39,550 bases of DNA from Kipferlia bialata (taxonomy: Eukaryota). Location of the stretch: NCBI GenBank assembly GCA_003568945.1, contig BDIP01000037.1, forward strand, positions 1-39,550, given 5' to 3'. Shown here piece by piece: positions 1-12,400 of the stretch; the first letter of the stretch is position 1, and the number at the start of each line of letters is the position of its first letter. The translations under genes and the position numbers were made by a program. The notes under the pieces were generated by a model. That model was not told where the DNA came from. It searched no databases and saw only the letters and a list, made by a program, of their open reading frames with translations.

Positions 1-153
1 ACCACTATCACGTGTAAGCGGAAGGGTTCCAAGATCACACTGTCACACAAGAAGCGTTCACGTGACTACCCCTGTACGCCTGGAGAGGAAGCACGGGTGG
101 TATTGAGTGTTTTCAAGGCTTATGGAACCACATTGTCTCTGCTACCTCAGTGA
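1..153 (+). CDS. 3' end (terminal exon) of an unknown protein entering from the left edge
   Basis: Frame 1 is open from base 1: TTITCKRKGSKITLSHKKRSRDYPCTPGEEARVVLSVFKAYGTTLSLLPQ, ending TGA at 151-153, followed by AT-richer sequence. Confidence 0.45.
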   Translation, partial: TTITCKRKGSKITLSHKKRSRDYPCTPGEEARVVLSVFKAYGTTLSLLPQ

Positions 154-418
154 GTGCCTTAACAGGCAAGAGAGAAGCAAACTTTGCTGCAAAGTCAATG
201 TATCAACCTAACATATCATGAGTATGCTGACACCCGTCTCATAATGTGCAAACATTGGAAGGATACGGGATATTCCATAAGCACTTTGGATCGGTTGAAA
301 ATTAGTAGTAAAAGTAGTATTTGTAGTATATATGAAGGTAGGGACTTGCAGAAGGGACTTTAGACTCATGCCTAAACCTACAGGACTCAATGAGTACTAC
401 TCATAGTATGCTAGACAC

Positions 419-1101
419 GTAGACACAGCGACTGTTGGTCACCCAATACTTGGTGGTGATGATGATGACCTCTGTGGAAGTACCACACTTCCTGACTGCC
501 CATCCAGCCGGTATGGGGTCAGCGGCAGGAAGGGTGAGACAGTGAAGATGGGAGGGACACGGTGCTTGTGTCTGTGCCCAAGGGTACTATTAAATTGAGA
601 TTCTCAATAGTAACGAGTCCAATGGACTCAATCCATACCCATACCCAAGGGTACAATGGATATACACGGATCTACTCTGTATTTGTGTGACCTTGGTGTG
701 TTGTACACACCTCTGCAGGATGGAGTTTCTATCACACCAATAGGGGGGAAGGCACTCACAATCACTCCCTGCCAGGGAGTCCCTGGTCAAGGACCTGAAG
801 GGGAAGATGGGTGAATCTGACGCATATGTATATGTGTATATGTATTCATGAGTGGTTAGGATACGTGTCTCTCTGTCCCCCCATATTGATACCTCTGCTT
901 ATCTCACTCCCAGACCTTGGCCAGGGGCCCCTGGGTGGGCATCCATATATATGTATATACTTATACATATATGAGTGTGTCTCTATATCTCACTCCTAGA
1001 CACTAACTAGGGACCCCTGAGTTGGCATCCATGCCAAGACGGTGGCACACACATACAGGAAGGGGGTGCTCAAGATGGAGGAGGTCATCAAGGAGTTGTG
1101 A
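419..1101 (+). pseudogene. Possible degenerate multi-exon gene fragment
   Basis: GC-rich exon-like blocks between GT..AG introns with CTCACTCCCAG/CTCACTCCTAG acceptors, ending ..GIHAKTVAHTYRKGVLKMEEVIKEL*. The best frames contain internal stops (TAG ~741, TGA ~1018). About 903-945 is imperfectly repeated at about 989-1032. Confidence 0.2.
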
Positions 1102-1363
1102 GTAGATCAATGACACCTTGTGCTCAAGTCACTTGCTACACTCATATATTTATATATATATCGTCCAAAGGAATATGTTGCAATTGTCACAAAGAGATAA
1201 ATCTAACCTGAACACAACCTCACACGTTGTGAAATTGTGAATAGGCAGAGTGACACTCTGTGATATTGAACAAGACTCCCCTATACACCACTCTTCCTAA
1301 CAGGCCCTACTCCAACTAGAGCAAGCTAGGACTGTGGTAGAAAGAGCACCTAACCTCGTTGGT

Positions 1364-1939
1364 CTACAGCCTCCCTCTCACTCCACCGGCAGTGTGTCTC
1401 CCCCTCCTACCACCCCTACCCCCAGTTCCCCTAGCCCCTGTTCTCTTAGGCCCCTTGGCTCTCTCTGGGTCCAGCTTCTTGAGCTCACCCATCCAGTCCC
1501 TCTTGGAGATGGTCACGAGGACATGACACTGACCCCACTTGACTATGGAGTTGGCCTTGCCTGCCCCTGACCCATAGTAGTCACTGTAGGCAAGAGACAT
1601 AGCCACAGCGGTGCTGATGAATCTCTCATGATCGTCTGTGACTCTCCAGACATCCCTTGTCGAGTCACACTCCCTGATCATAGCCTTGAGCCTCTCTAGG
1701 GCCGCAATCACACTCTCCCCTGCCTCGCCCTGGTCTGCGACAGAGATGTACTCCTGCACCCCCTCCACACACCTCCACACCACTGCCCCACCAGCTGGGA
1801 TAGGGTCAGCCGCAGGAAGGGAGAGACGGGCCTTAACAGGGTCACCACTCCCTGAGAGAGCCATGTGGACTGTACGCATAGCGGCTAGAGCTGTGGTGCG
1901 GCTCAGACACTGAAGGGCGGCAGTAGCAGCATCTGTCAT
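1364..1939 (-). CDS. Hypothetical protein (191 aa) with a basic Gly/Arg-rich C-terminal tail
   Basis: Uninterrupted ORF with protein-like composition, ending ..GARGTGGRGGRRGRH... The ATG is directly preceded by an acceptor-like ACACCCAG, so this may be the last exon of a longer gene. Confidence 0.55.
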   Translation of the reverse strand: MTDAATAALQCLSRTTALAAMRTVHMALSGSGDPVKARLSLPAADPIPAGGAVVWRCVEGVQEYISVADQGEAGESVIAALERLKAMIRECDSTRDVWRVTDDHERFISTAVAMSLAYSDYYGSGAGKANSIVKWGQCHVLVTISKRDWMGELKKLDPERAKGPKRTGARGTGGRGGRRGRHTAGGVRGRL

Positions 1940-2069
1940 CTGGGTGTATCTATGGTAAGGGACTATATGTGTGTGGGAGATGCAGGGGGTGAGGGTGCTA
2001 TAGGTATAATAGTGTTGGAGGTCAAAGGGTATGAGAAAGAGAGAGAGAGAAATAGAAAGAGAGAGTGGT

Positions 2070-2118
<49 letters not shown>
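2070..2118. repeat. Poly-G homopolymer next to a (GA)n tract
   Basis: 49 consecutive G. The length is probably unreliable in the assembly. Confidence 0.9.
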
Positions 2119-2174
2119 CGAGAACATGGTCTCTATATACCCAAGACTTGTCAGCAACATATAAATGAGCGTCC

Positions 2175-3215
2175 CTAAGAAGAATTTGAATTGAGACAAG
2201 TCACACTAAAGGTATTATTACGAGTGGGAGTGGAACATGCCCACATATGCATGGTCTGTGTACCTTGAGCAGTCTGCACATACAATGCGGCCACACCGAC
2301 GACAGTGGTGACTGGAGGTGAGTGTACATGAAAGGAATGTTGATATAGACGTGATGAGTCCATGCACACTACAACACATACAACACCCACCGGCGCTTGA
2401 TGAAGTTGAAGGGCAGGTCACAGATGAAGCAGATGTCGTCAACCTGGTCCTCTGGGGGTGAGGGTGAAGGAGGGAGATGGTATGTATGCAACTAGCAAAA
2501 GATAGATAACTTGGCTTCGAAAGCATGACAGACACTATGTCAGCAGTCTGTACTGACAGATCACAGACTCCCACACCACACCCCCTCACCTAACCACTCA
2601 GTCCTTCCGACAAGCTTGGGCCTGATGACGCTTGTGAAGAGGAGAGAGAAGTCGACACCTGGGGGGTGAGAGATTAGCAAGTGATCAGAGTCAAACGTAC
2701 TCCTCAATGCAGAATCTGTCTCAATATATATACAACCCACCTGTCTCCATGACTGGGGCGTGACTCATTCTTTGACAGTGCAAGGGGCTGCCAGGTGTTG
2801 GGGCTCTGTTGGACTGTGCCTGGAACGGTGTGAGACTGTGCCATCAGACCAGGCTGGCCCCTTTTGTGTTTCTTCTTGCAAAAGAACTTAAGGGTTCATT
2901 ATTTGATAACCTGATTTGGCGTCGTCTAACCTGTGTATATAGGTGCCAGAGAGTGGGCTCGAAGCCGCTGCCGACGCCTCTGTGGTGCATAGAGTGTTGG
3001 CGGAGTTGCACTTCCTTTTGTCTACTGTGGCATTGGGGACAGAGTGAACAGTCCCAAGAGAGGGTCTCTCTCGCTCATCTTTCTCAGTCTGCACAGACTA
3101 CTACAGGGAACCATACCTGTAGAGTCTGTGCCTTGCTGTTCAAGGAGTAACAAGACGGAGCCGTTGAGGTTTGACGTGAGACAGACTCCCTGACGAGATG
3201 AGCTCCTACAGTCAT
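2175..3215 (-). CDS. FYVE zinc-finger protein (spliced; start and last exon uncertain)
   Basis: Splicing exons ~2590-2659, 2391-2451 and 2264-2311 gives ..[40 protein letters not shown], containing the FYVE signatures WxxD, CxxC, R(R/K)HHCRxCG and CxxC. Upstream low-complexity exons join via predicted 30-nt (2820-2849), 44-nt (2887-2930) and 28-nt (3089-3116) introns. Confidence 0.8.
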
Positions 3216-6200
3216 CTGCTGGAGTTCTCTAGCTATGACGACAGGTGCCTGGACGATGTAGGTAGGGAGTATGCCCGTATGTGACTCATCTTCTGGCGGG
3301 AGACTCCCCCCACATACATCTCTCTCTCTCCCTCTCTCTCTCTCTCTGTACCGTCACCGTTCGTTGCATCCTTGTCCCCTGTGTCCCTCTCTCACCCCAG
3401 ACGACACTCTCTTCCAGGTCATTGACAAGCTGAACAGCCTGGCCTTCGGTCTACACTTCAGGTAGAGACCACTCGGTATCATATTCATCTCAAGGATGTG
3501 TCCCACTGTCTACCGCCCCCCTTACACTACAGTGTGGATAATCTGTTCAGCCTCTGCGGGACTGTCCCCTTCTGGACCAGACTGGTGGAGACGGTGACTG
3601 GTTGTGAGCTGGACGTGTTCGACCTCCCATCAGGCACGGGGCCTCTCTATATCTATATATACTCCAGACATCACAGTCTCAATCTCTCTCTCTCCCTGTC
3701 TGATGTGGCTGACACCAGGGGAGGTGCTTACCATTGACACGATGCTCCACCTCACCGACCACTTCCCAGACCCCAAGCCCCAGTTCGACAGGCAGATGGG
3801 GGTGGACGCTCTGGCAGGTTGGGGGTGTTGGAAGTCTACAGCTGATATATTGACATTTGCTGAGAGTAGTTGCAGCACACATCAGACCACTGCCTGTTTA
3901 GCTTTATCTTTGTAATGACTATTATCAGTAATAATACTTAGGCTTCATCCATATAAACAATATCATATAACTCGTGAGTACCATATCTTACTCGATAGGT
4001 GACAAGTCGTGCATGGTCCAGGTGCTTGCTGCCTTCCTTGCCTCCAGTAGCAGTGTGGAGGTGGAGGTCAGTGGCCATGGGATGCACTATGGACAAGGTA
4101 CACAGCTATTGTACTACATATATTGTACCATTTAGTACTCTCCAATCTTAGTCAGAATATACTCCTTTGAATCGTTCGCTCTCTTCCTCCCTCCCTTCTA
4201 TAATAGCTCCTCTCACGTGCTAGACATGGGAGACACCCCCTGTTTCAGTCCCGACCTCCTGGGCCCAGGTCAGTGTACCCTGTTTCATAGTAGACATCAC
4301 CCACTCTGCTGGCACTGTGATGTTTGTATGGTCCAATGAATACGACGTCTACTGCTTTAGGCATACATCCATGTACGTATCATATGACACTATTTCTGGC
4401 GTATAACCTCCAGCCAGCCCCTCCTTTGGGTCAGACGAGTACAGAGAGGGTGAGGGTGAGGGTGACATGGACTACGAGGCGTCTGTCGTGGCTCTGTCCG
4501 GGGAGCACGAGACCACCCATGCTGAGCACCAGGAGACAGTGCCCCAGGACCAAGGTGCGGTGGGAGTGACTGCGTCTTGGTATTTGATGATTGGTAGCAG
4601 AGTAGCACTTATGCTTGTCTTCCGCTGATCGACATATAGGAGAGACTATGCGGCATCCTCTCTGTTCATTGACACAACTCATTCCAGGTGGATATCGTGA
4701 GAAGTACAACGACCTCAGGAGAGAGATGGAGGTAAGATGTAACTACTTGTGTCTCACCTTGGATCTAGTATGTCTCTCTCTTCTCTTGCCGAAGTGATAT
4801 GTGTATACATGTGACTATATGTGTCACGGCTGACCCCCTTAGATGCTGCTGGTGTCGTCTGAGAGAGAGACAGAGGCCAGGGAGGAGCAGGAGGAGAGGT
4901 GGAGACAGGAGAGACAGGAGGCAGAGCAGAAGAGGTGGGTGACCGTCACACATCTCATCCTTCCATATCCCACCCATGCCTATCCCACCCATGCCTATCC
5001 CACCCCCAGCCAGCACCAGAGACTGCAACTGGACACAGCCAGATCCGACCTCTCCCTAGTCAGGGCCGAGTTCAGCACCCTCCAGGCCCAGGTACCGTCA
5101 GTGGGGCTGTTACTGCCTATCCCCCCCGCCCCTCTTCCACTCACCCTAGGCCCTCGAGTACCACCAGCAGGCAGAGTCTCTGGAGCAGGAGGTGGGGTAG
5201 TCATAGTGGTACACACATAGTAGCTCTACATGGTATCTATATGTGTCTATGTATGACCGTGCAAAGGTATATCACTTCGTATCCTTACCTCTCAGGTTCG
5301 CACGCTGACTGAACGCCTAGAGAGAGAGGCAGAGAGAGAGAAGGAGAGGGAATCCCAGCGAGAGCGTGAGTGGGAGAGACAGAGGCAGAGGGAGAGAGAG
5401 AGAGACAGAGAGCAGGGCCTGGCAGAGAGAGAGAAGGAGCTTCTTGAGGCTGAGAGAGAGCGGGAGAGGGAGAGAGAGAGAGAGAGAGCCGCTGGCTGTT
5501 CCGAGTGCCGGATGTTACAGACAGAGCTGGACGAGACATTAGCCAGGTAGGGAGGACTTCTGGATGGATGTTTGGTAACAGAGCAAATACAATGCGATTC
5601 ATATTGGTGACCACGTTGACCATACTGAAGCACGGTCTCTCTTTTTGCTATTGGTGCTAATGACAGACTCCGAGAGTCCCGCAACACCAATCTGGAGATG
5701 CAGACCAGAGAAGGGAAGGTGAGGGATGCAATGCAATTGACCGAATAGTCATGGAATGGGACTGCATTGTGTAGTGTCTGACCCACAGGTCACCTCCCTG
5801 CTCCGTTCCCTCTTCGGTGTCTTCCCTGCCCTCACTGCCACTCTCCCTGACGTCACAGAGGAGATACCGGAGACCAAGTTGGCGGAGCTCGTCAAGTGAG
5901 TAGTGGTAGACCACCACATTGTCTCATTAATACACGTTATACTTCTCATTGCACTTTTTTTTGTCATTTATTTTCGAAGTTCTCACCCAAATTCTTACTT
6001 CCAGGACAGTCAGAACCGCTGCCAATGACGCCTACTCCCTAAGGGTCAAGGTGGACTCCGACGCAGACAGAAACGTGAGTGGATACCCATATACGAGTAC
6101 TATATATACTCAAGTGACAAGCGCTGCATATATCTACGCTCTATTACTGATAGACACTGCATCCACATCTGCCTATTCCATGGCTATCACTCCTTCTGAC

Positions 6201-9032
6201 CCCTTAGGCCAAGAGAGAGATGATCCTGCTGGACAGGGTGGCCGTGTCGAGGTCTAGGCTGGATCAGACACGTGAGGCACTGGCACAGGCAGAGAGACAG
6301 GCTGCAGTCAGGGAGGTACGGCCGACTATCTGACCGCGTTTGTATATATATATATACTCATTAAATTACATATTTTTGCATATATATGGAAGGAGACCAC
6401 CCTCCTCACTTCAGGCTCAATATAAGCGAGACATGCAGCGTGTGACCCTGAGGCTGAAGGAGGCGGAGAAGGAGAGGGAGAGGGAGTGTAGCAGGCAGAG
6501 AGAAGAGAGAGCAGAGACCGAGGATGTCCTGTCACCCCCACAGGTGCTGATGGTATAGTGTTATATAGCGACAGATCATCTAATGACTGGTCTAATGATA
6601 CTGTGGGTGGTGACTCAACAGTGTCGGTGCCTCTCTCTCTCTGACCCTCAGGGCATGGACTCTACCCTCCTCAACACCTCCATGGAGGACCTGAGGCTGA
6701 GGCACAGGTGCTGTGGCTCTGAATCATGTATCTCTATTGCTTGACACGTATCACCTACAACTCCCTGACCTATATCTTGTCTCGCTGTGATGTTGCGCTT
6801 AGGGCTCACTATATCTCCATGCATTATCATAATAACAATGTATCTCATCATAGGGACTCGTCCACTAGGTCCCTGAGAGATACAGAGAGAGACAGGACTC
6901 GGGAGCGACTGGTGATGAGAGAGACCTCGGGACACCTCTCTGCCCCAGGTACCTCTACCTCTACCCTCTCACACAGTCATTCTGCTATGATACGACATAT
7001 CCTGCTGTATACCACATCTCCCTCTACCTCTCAGGTCACGAGATGGGCCCTGTCAAGGACAGAGAGAGTGAGACTGGCCTGTCAGGGGTTGTTCTTCTCA
7101 CCTATGTGCTGGCCTGGATATACTGCTCGGGGGCTATCCTAGGTCAGTAATGACACGTATACCCTATATATCCTTCCGTATGAGGTCTACCCCCCTCTGA
7201 CCCCAGCCCTGGGGATGGACGCCGTGTCTCTGTGCACAGTATGTGCTCTACCCCTCCTCGTCAGCCCCTCCTTCCTCACCCACCGCCTGGCTAGATACAG
7301 GGGCGAGGTGGCACGCCAGACAAGACGCGGAGTCAAGGTGGGGTGGTCACATATCTTCTGTTTGTGTGTATATACTCCTGCCTCACCCCCAGGTGTTTTC
7401 CACCACTCTGCTCTGTGCGTTGGTGTGTGGGGTAGTGGTGGGTGTGCTCACATGCATCATGGGATCCACAATCAACAGGTAGGCCAGATAGTACCCCTTG
7501 ATACATGACACCCATGTTCTCACCCTCTAGATTCCTTCCCGGGCTGGTCCTCAGTGTGTGGCTTGGGGTCACTGTGTTCTCCACGGTGCTGTACCCCATA
7601 GCTCCCAGACCCACCAGGGCTGACCCCACCCGGTCCCCCCTGCTGCCCCCCCTGGCTATGGCCCTGTCCATATCATTTGCGGCATCCACATCGGTACGGG
7701 TAGTGTGGGTAGTGTGGGTGTGCGTACAGCCTATCTATCGTTGTCTCACTGTCAGGACCTTCTATACTGGCTGTCGCTGGGTGTGCTTGTGTCCACCCTA
7801 CACCTGCACAGACGGGCATACTCGCTACTGCACTATCAGTACACAAGAGGTACCAGGGGCTCCTCTTGGATATGCTTCTGATATTATGCTTCTAATATTT
7901 TAGTACTATTTCTTGTAACGTCTTGCCCCTGACTCCAGGCATCGACTTCAGCCCCAGCAAGAGGATATGGCGCTACTTGGCAAAGACATCACACGTACGG
8001 TCCTACTCTGTCACCTCAGTCCACAAACATCCACCGTCTCACCCATGTGTGAATGTATATATATATAGTGAATGTATATATATACACCGATACATCGCTC
8101 TTGACCATCCCCCCCACCCCAGCTCAACCTGTGCTGTGCCCTGATCGGAGGGTCTCTGGTGTCAGCCACCATGTTCACGGATGACAGGGCCTACGACGCT
8201 GGGATCACAGGTGGGGCCATGGGGGTACTCGACTTGCATTGAGTGTGTCATATGTATTGATATATAATGGAGCAATATTATTATAGAGGAGAGAATATCT
8301 CCAGCTGATATCAGGTGTATGTATTCTGGCAGGAATTCTCGCAAACTTTGCCATTCCCCTCTCCCTGCCCCCCTCCGTGTCAGTCTCTCCCACCCACCAC
8401 TCCTCAAGGGTGCACACTAGGGGGAGCTCGACCCTGGCTGCCTCCCTGGCCGGTCTCGACTCTGTGGGGGGTGCCTGGAAGGCGTCTGAGACCGAGAGTA
8501 CCTCCAGGCCCTCAGCCCTGGTCCGCACCCTCCTGTACTGTCTGCCGTCCATCCTGGTGTCCTGCTTTGCGGCGTGTGTGTTTGCCTTCGAGTTTCCCTT
8601 TGCGCCATCCGTGCTGCATGTGGTCCTCATCAGTGTATGTGCATACCTCCTCAGCGTCCCTGTCATGGGTGTCTATCTACTGAGGCAGGGGCCATCCAAC
8701 AGGCACAAGGTGGGTGGTTATCATGCGAAACGGGGTGATTCCTTCCCTACTGACTGACACCCAGGTTGCAAGGACTCTGACCTGGCTCTACATACCCCTC
8801 TACGCAGCCGTGTGGTGCTCGATCAAGTACGTAAGCTGTAGCTTGTACTCTTTCTTTGTGTATATATCGGGTCTGGGCTGCTCATCCATGAGTGCATTCT
8901 CTCTCCACCCTCACCCCCAGCTGGGGCCTTGGCCTCATCTTCGTGTACCTTCTCCCTGCATCTGCCATCGCTATGGTCCTGCTGGCCCAGGGGTCAGGGT
9001 CAGCGGAGGTACTCAGTGAGAGGTCGGTGTAG
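3198..9032 (+). CDS. Multi-exon gene: N-terminal calponin-homology-like domain, long E/R/Q-rich coiled coil, then a multi-pass membrane domain (possibly two genes)
   Basis: ATG 3198 begins MSSYSHLLEFSSYDDRCLDDVDDTLFQVIDKLNSLAFGLHFSVDNLF..GVDALAGDKSCMVQVLAAFL, a pattern reminiscent of the CEP95-type N-terminal CH domain (by eye). Coiled-coil exons span ~4690-6950. Hydrophobic exons span ~7036-9032 and end ..EVLSERSV TAG at 9030-9032. The junctions checked splice in frame. Confidence 0.65.
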
Positions 9033-9430
9033 GGCAGTCCACTCCACTGGTGGTGGGCTAGGCCTGGTATTGCTAGTGCTGTTAGTAGTGCTGGTAGTGG
9101 GTGAGGGCATCTTCTGTCAGTAAATGCCCTCACTGTTCTGTTCTTTCGATGTCGTCCTGTAGTGATAGGAGCAAGCTGACGTCCCATGACACACTATCAC
9201 CTACCTTCTCTCTCTGTCTCACTTGTACCCAGTACAACTCATACTCCCTCTCTCAGTGTATAACACACACACTTGTCACACACCAGGACCGGGTATACAC
9301 AACAGCTTCCAATCGATACTTCACATCAGGGGAAGGTTGGGGGTCTCTGTCAACTGTAGACTCTACTGTTGACCTCCCTTCCACCAAGAGGGAGGCATAG
9401 GGGTAGGGCACTCAGGCATAGGGGTAGGTC

Positions 9431-12400
9431 ATGATTGAGTCTGCCGTGGCCTCGGTGTTGGCCAAGGTGCTCGGGGACTTTGTGGTGGTGGATAGAGAGG
9501 TAAGACTAGTGCAGCACTACAATTACCGATTGGGGTCTAGATATCGGATACAGTCTCAGTTTGGATGATGGTTGGGTGTATCCATACTTACCACTTGTGT
9601 CTGCCTTACCCCTAAGGACCTGTCCGTGTCTCTATCCTCTGGGCACCTAGAACTAAGAGATGTGGAGTTCAACAAAGAGGTGGGTGTGACAAGGTACTCC
9701 CTCAGAGGGGTCCTGGTATGACCTTGACCAATCAATGCTGTTTTAGGTGAATGGTCCCTCTACCCTCAGGCCCTCTCCACCATTCTTCCCGGCCTGTCAA
9801 TCGTGGGTGGGTGCATCCACCTACTGTCTCTTCGCATCCCGTGGACACGTCCTGCCAAGGGAATCAAGGTATATACTCATCGCTTGTGGCACAAGATATC
9901 AGTTATCTGTTGTCTAGTCCTTACGCTCTAGGTCCACTGTGATGGGGTGTATGCCCTGCTAGGGCCACCAGGACCAGAGGCAGGTAGAGGGGACTGTTTG
10001 TGTCATACCATGTCATTTGGCTGTGTATATATGAATAGCCCCCTACCTCAGGTGTATACACAGCAGAGGATATTCAAGAGGCACTAGAGATGTCACTGCA
10101 GAAGAAGGCCAAAATGCTGGAGGTACCTATAACAACATGCATTGTGTATATATGAGCAACTGAGACCTGACCCCTAGGAGTGGCACAAGAGTTGCATCCT
10201 GCAGATCCAGGGCAAGACCGAGACTGGTCTTGTGTCAAGGTGTGTGTCACAATCTCTGGTTGTATACAATGCATTTGCAACCAGGTGCGCACACTTACCT
10301 GTCTGTCTCACCCCAGGCTGGTCTCAGCGGTTGCCACCCGCATGACGCCCCTTGTTGTGGATCAGGTCAGGGTGGAGCTGACAGACATACACATGAGGTA
10401 TGGGCATGGGATACGGGTGTCACGTATATACCACTCAGTATATCCTGCATCGTGTCTCACCTAGGTTTGAGGACACAGCCTCTGAGTCTCCCATAGCTGT
10501 GGGTGCCACAATGGAGTCTCTGACGGTCTGCAGTACCACCTCTAGATGGGAGCCATTGGGGGTGTCTGCTACTGTAGCCCCAGGGGGTACTGGGTCAGAG
10601 ACGCACACAGACCCACAGACGGGTGGGCACACTGACACTGACACTGACACTGATACCTGGTGGCACCGTAGGAGGACTCAGCTGAGGGAGTGGAGGGAAC
10701 GCAGGACAGAGCGTAGGGCGCATAAGAGAGATATGCGGACTTCTTCATCCACTGACGACGACAAGGCCACCACGAACAAGACCACTAGCGCTTACAAGCT
10801 GCTGAAGTTGACTAACCTGGCGGTGTATGCATGTCCCATCTTTCAGGGTGTTAGTCTCCTGGATCAAGGTCAAATGGATGCGATGCGGTATGTTGTGTGT
10901 GCAGAGTATACGTCCTGATATACCTGTCACTAGAGGTCTCATCTCTGACTGACTTCAGACATATAGAGGTTCCTTCAAGTGAGTGTCTGTTTGGTCCATC
11001 CTCCATGGAGATCAGACTATCCCTCGGGACCTCCAGTGTTGGCACCCAAATAGCAGCTGCCGCAGCCATGTCATCTGTGACATGTGCCCTCTCAGACCAT
11101 CAGGTAGGGGTATATCCATGGCAGGGCAGGGGGTGTTATTATGACTAGTATCCCCTCACAGTCAGGTCGTCTGTCTTTCAGACATACTCAACAGGGTGTT
11201 CAGTGTACATCCACTCTCTTACCATGTCGGCAAGAGGATTGAAGAACAGAGAGCTATCCACGTTGGACCCCGGTCAGCTGCCACATACGTGAATCTCTAC
11301 TATAGGTACAACCTTAGGATCCTCCTCGTTGTACTTGTGGTGTCTGATCTTACGGTAGTACTCTGTCACGTGATCTGCGGTCCTCTGGACGCACTGCGGC
11401 ACACATCAAGTCCCAGAAGGTATCGGTTTGACAGAGATAGGTCCTAGACTCTATTGGTTTGATGCCACATATATGGGAGATGATCATTCGTATGCCTATA
11501 CTTCCGTATACTTATACACAGGACAGTCTGGAGCGTTGGATCCCGTACGATGACCTCATCCGATACAGAGAGGCGGCAGCCACTGCCATTCGGGGACAGG
11601 GTGTGGTGGACATGTCGTCTCTCTCCAGGAAGAGCCGCAAGACCGTGCTGGCCCAGATGTCTGTGGACATGTGTGCGTCTGAGGTGGCCCGTCTGTCAGG
11701 CAAGGGCGTCCCTTCCCATGATAGAGCCCCTCAGAGGCATGTCGAGGGGACCGGCACCACTCTCACTCTGGATGTAGGGCTGGACCACATCAGTCTGTCC
11801 GTGTCTGAATACTCAGCAGTGCATACCCATCCAGAGCCGGTGGATACAGACGCCCTAGTGGGAGTGCCCTATCAGTCTACCACTGTGGCCTCGCTACATA
11901 TCCACAGGCTGCTAACAGATATCATGTTGTCCGCAGACGACATGCGCCTCACGGGGATTGCAAGTGTGGGTAGTGTCACACTTACCGACACCAGAGGTAT
12001 CTACGTACTGTGAGTACTTCTGTATATTTAATACTGACTCATAGGTCTGGCAGATGGGATAGCATTCCCGCACCTGGTGTCGACTCTCCACCCTACCCCT
12101 AGGGTGGTGGCGGAGGGGAGGGTAGTGGGCCCTGCCTTCCTGTCTCTTGAGTGTGACGTTATGCTGCAGTCACACAGGGACATGGGATCTCTGTCTGTCT
12201 CCAGTCTGCCATTGTTGGTAGTAGTTCAGCCCCCATTCCTTTCCAGGTACTCACGCATACATCTACATTAGTGTGTCACGAGGGATAGGTAGCCTGTCTT
12301 ACGACCAGGATGGTTCTGCTAAGTGACCGCGTTGTCAGTCAGATACAGAGGCCAGAGGCTGTAGAGACTGGCCCAGTGTCAGAGGCTGGGTCTGACACAG

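Noticed and set aside
1952..2199. Poly-Gly and poly-Pro ORFs
   Set aside because: Produced by the poly-G homopolymer and (GA)n tract; no other coding evidence.
5296..5546. GA-rich repeat tract as a satellite
   Set aside because: It is an in-frame E/R-rich coiled-coil exon bounded by splice sites.
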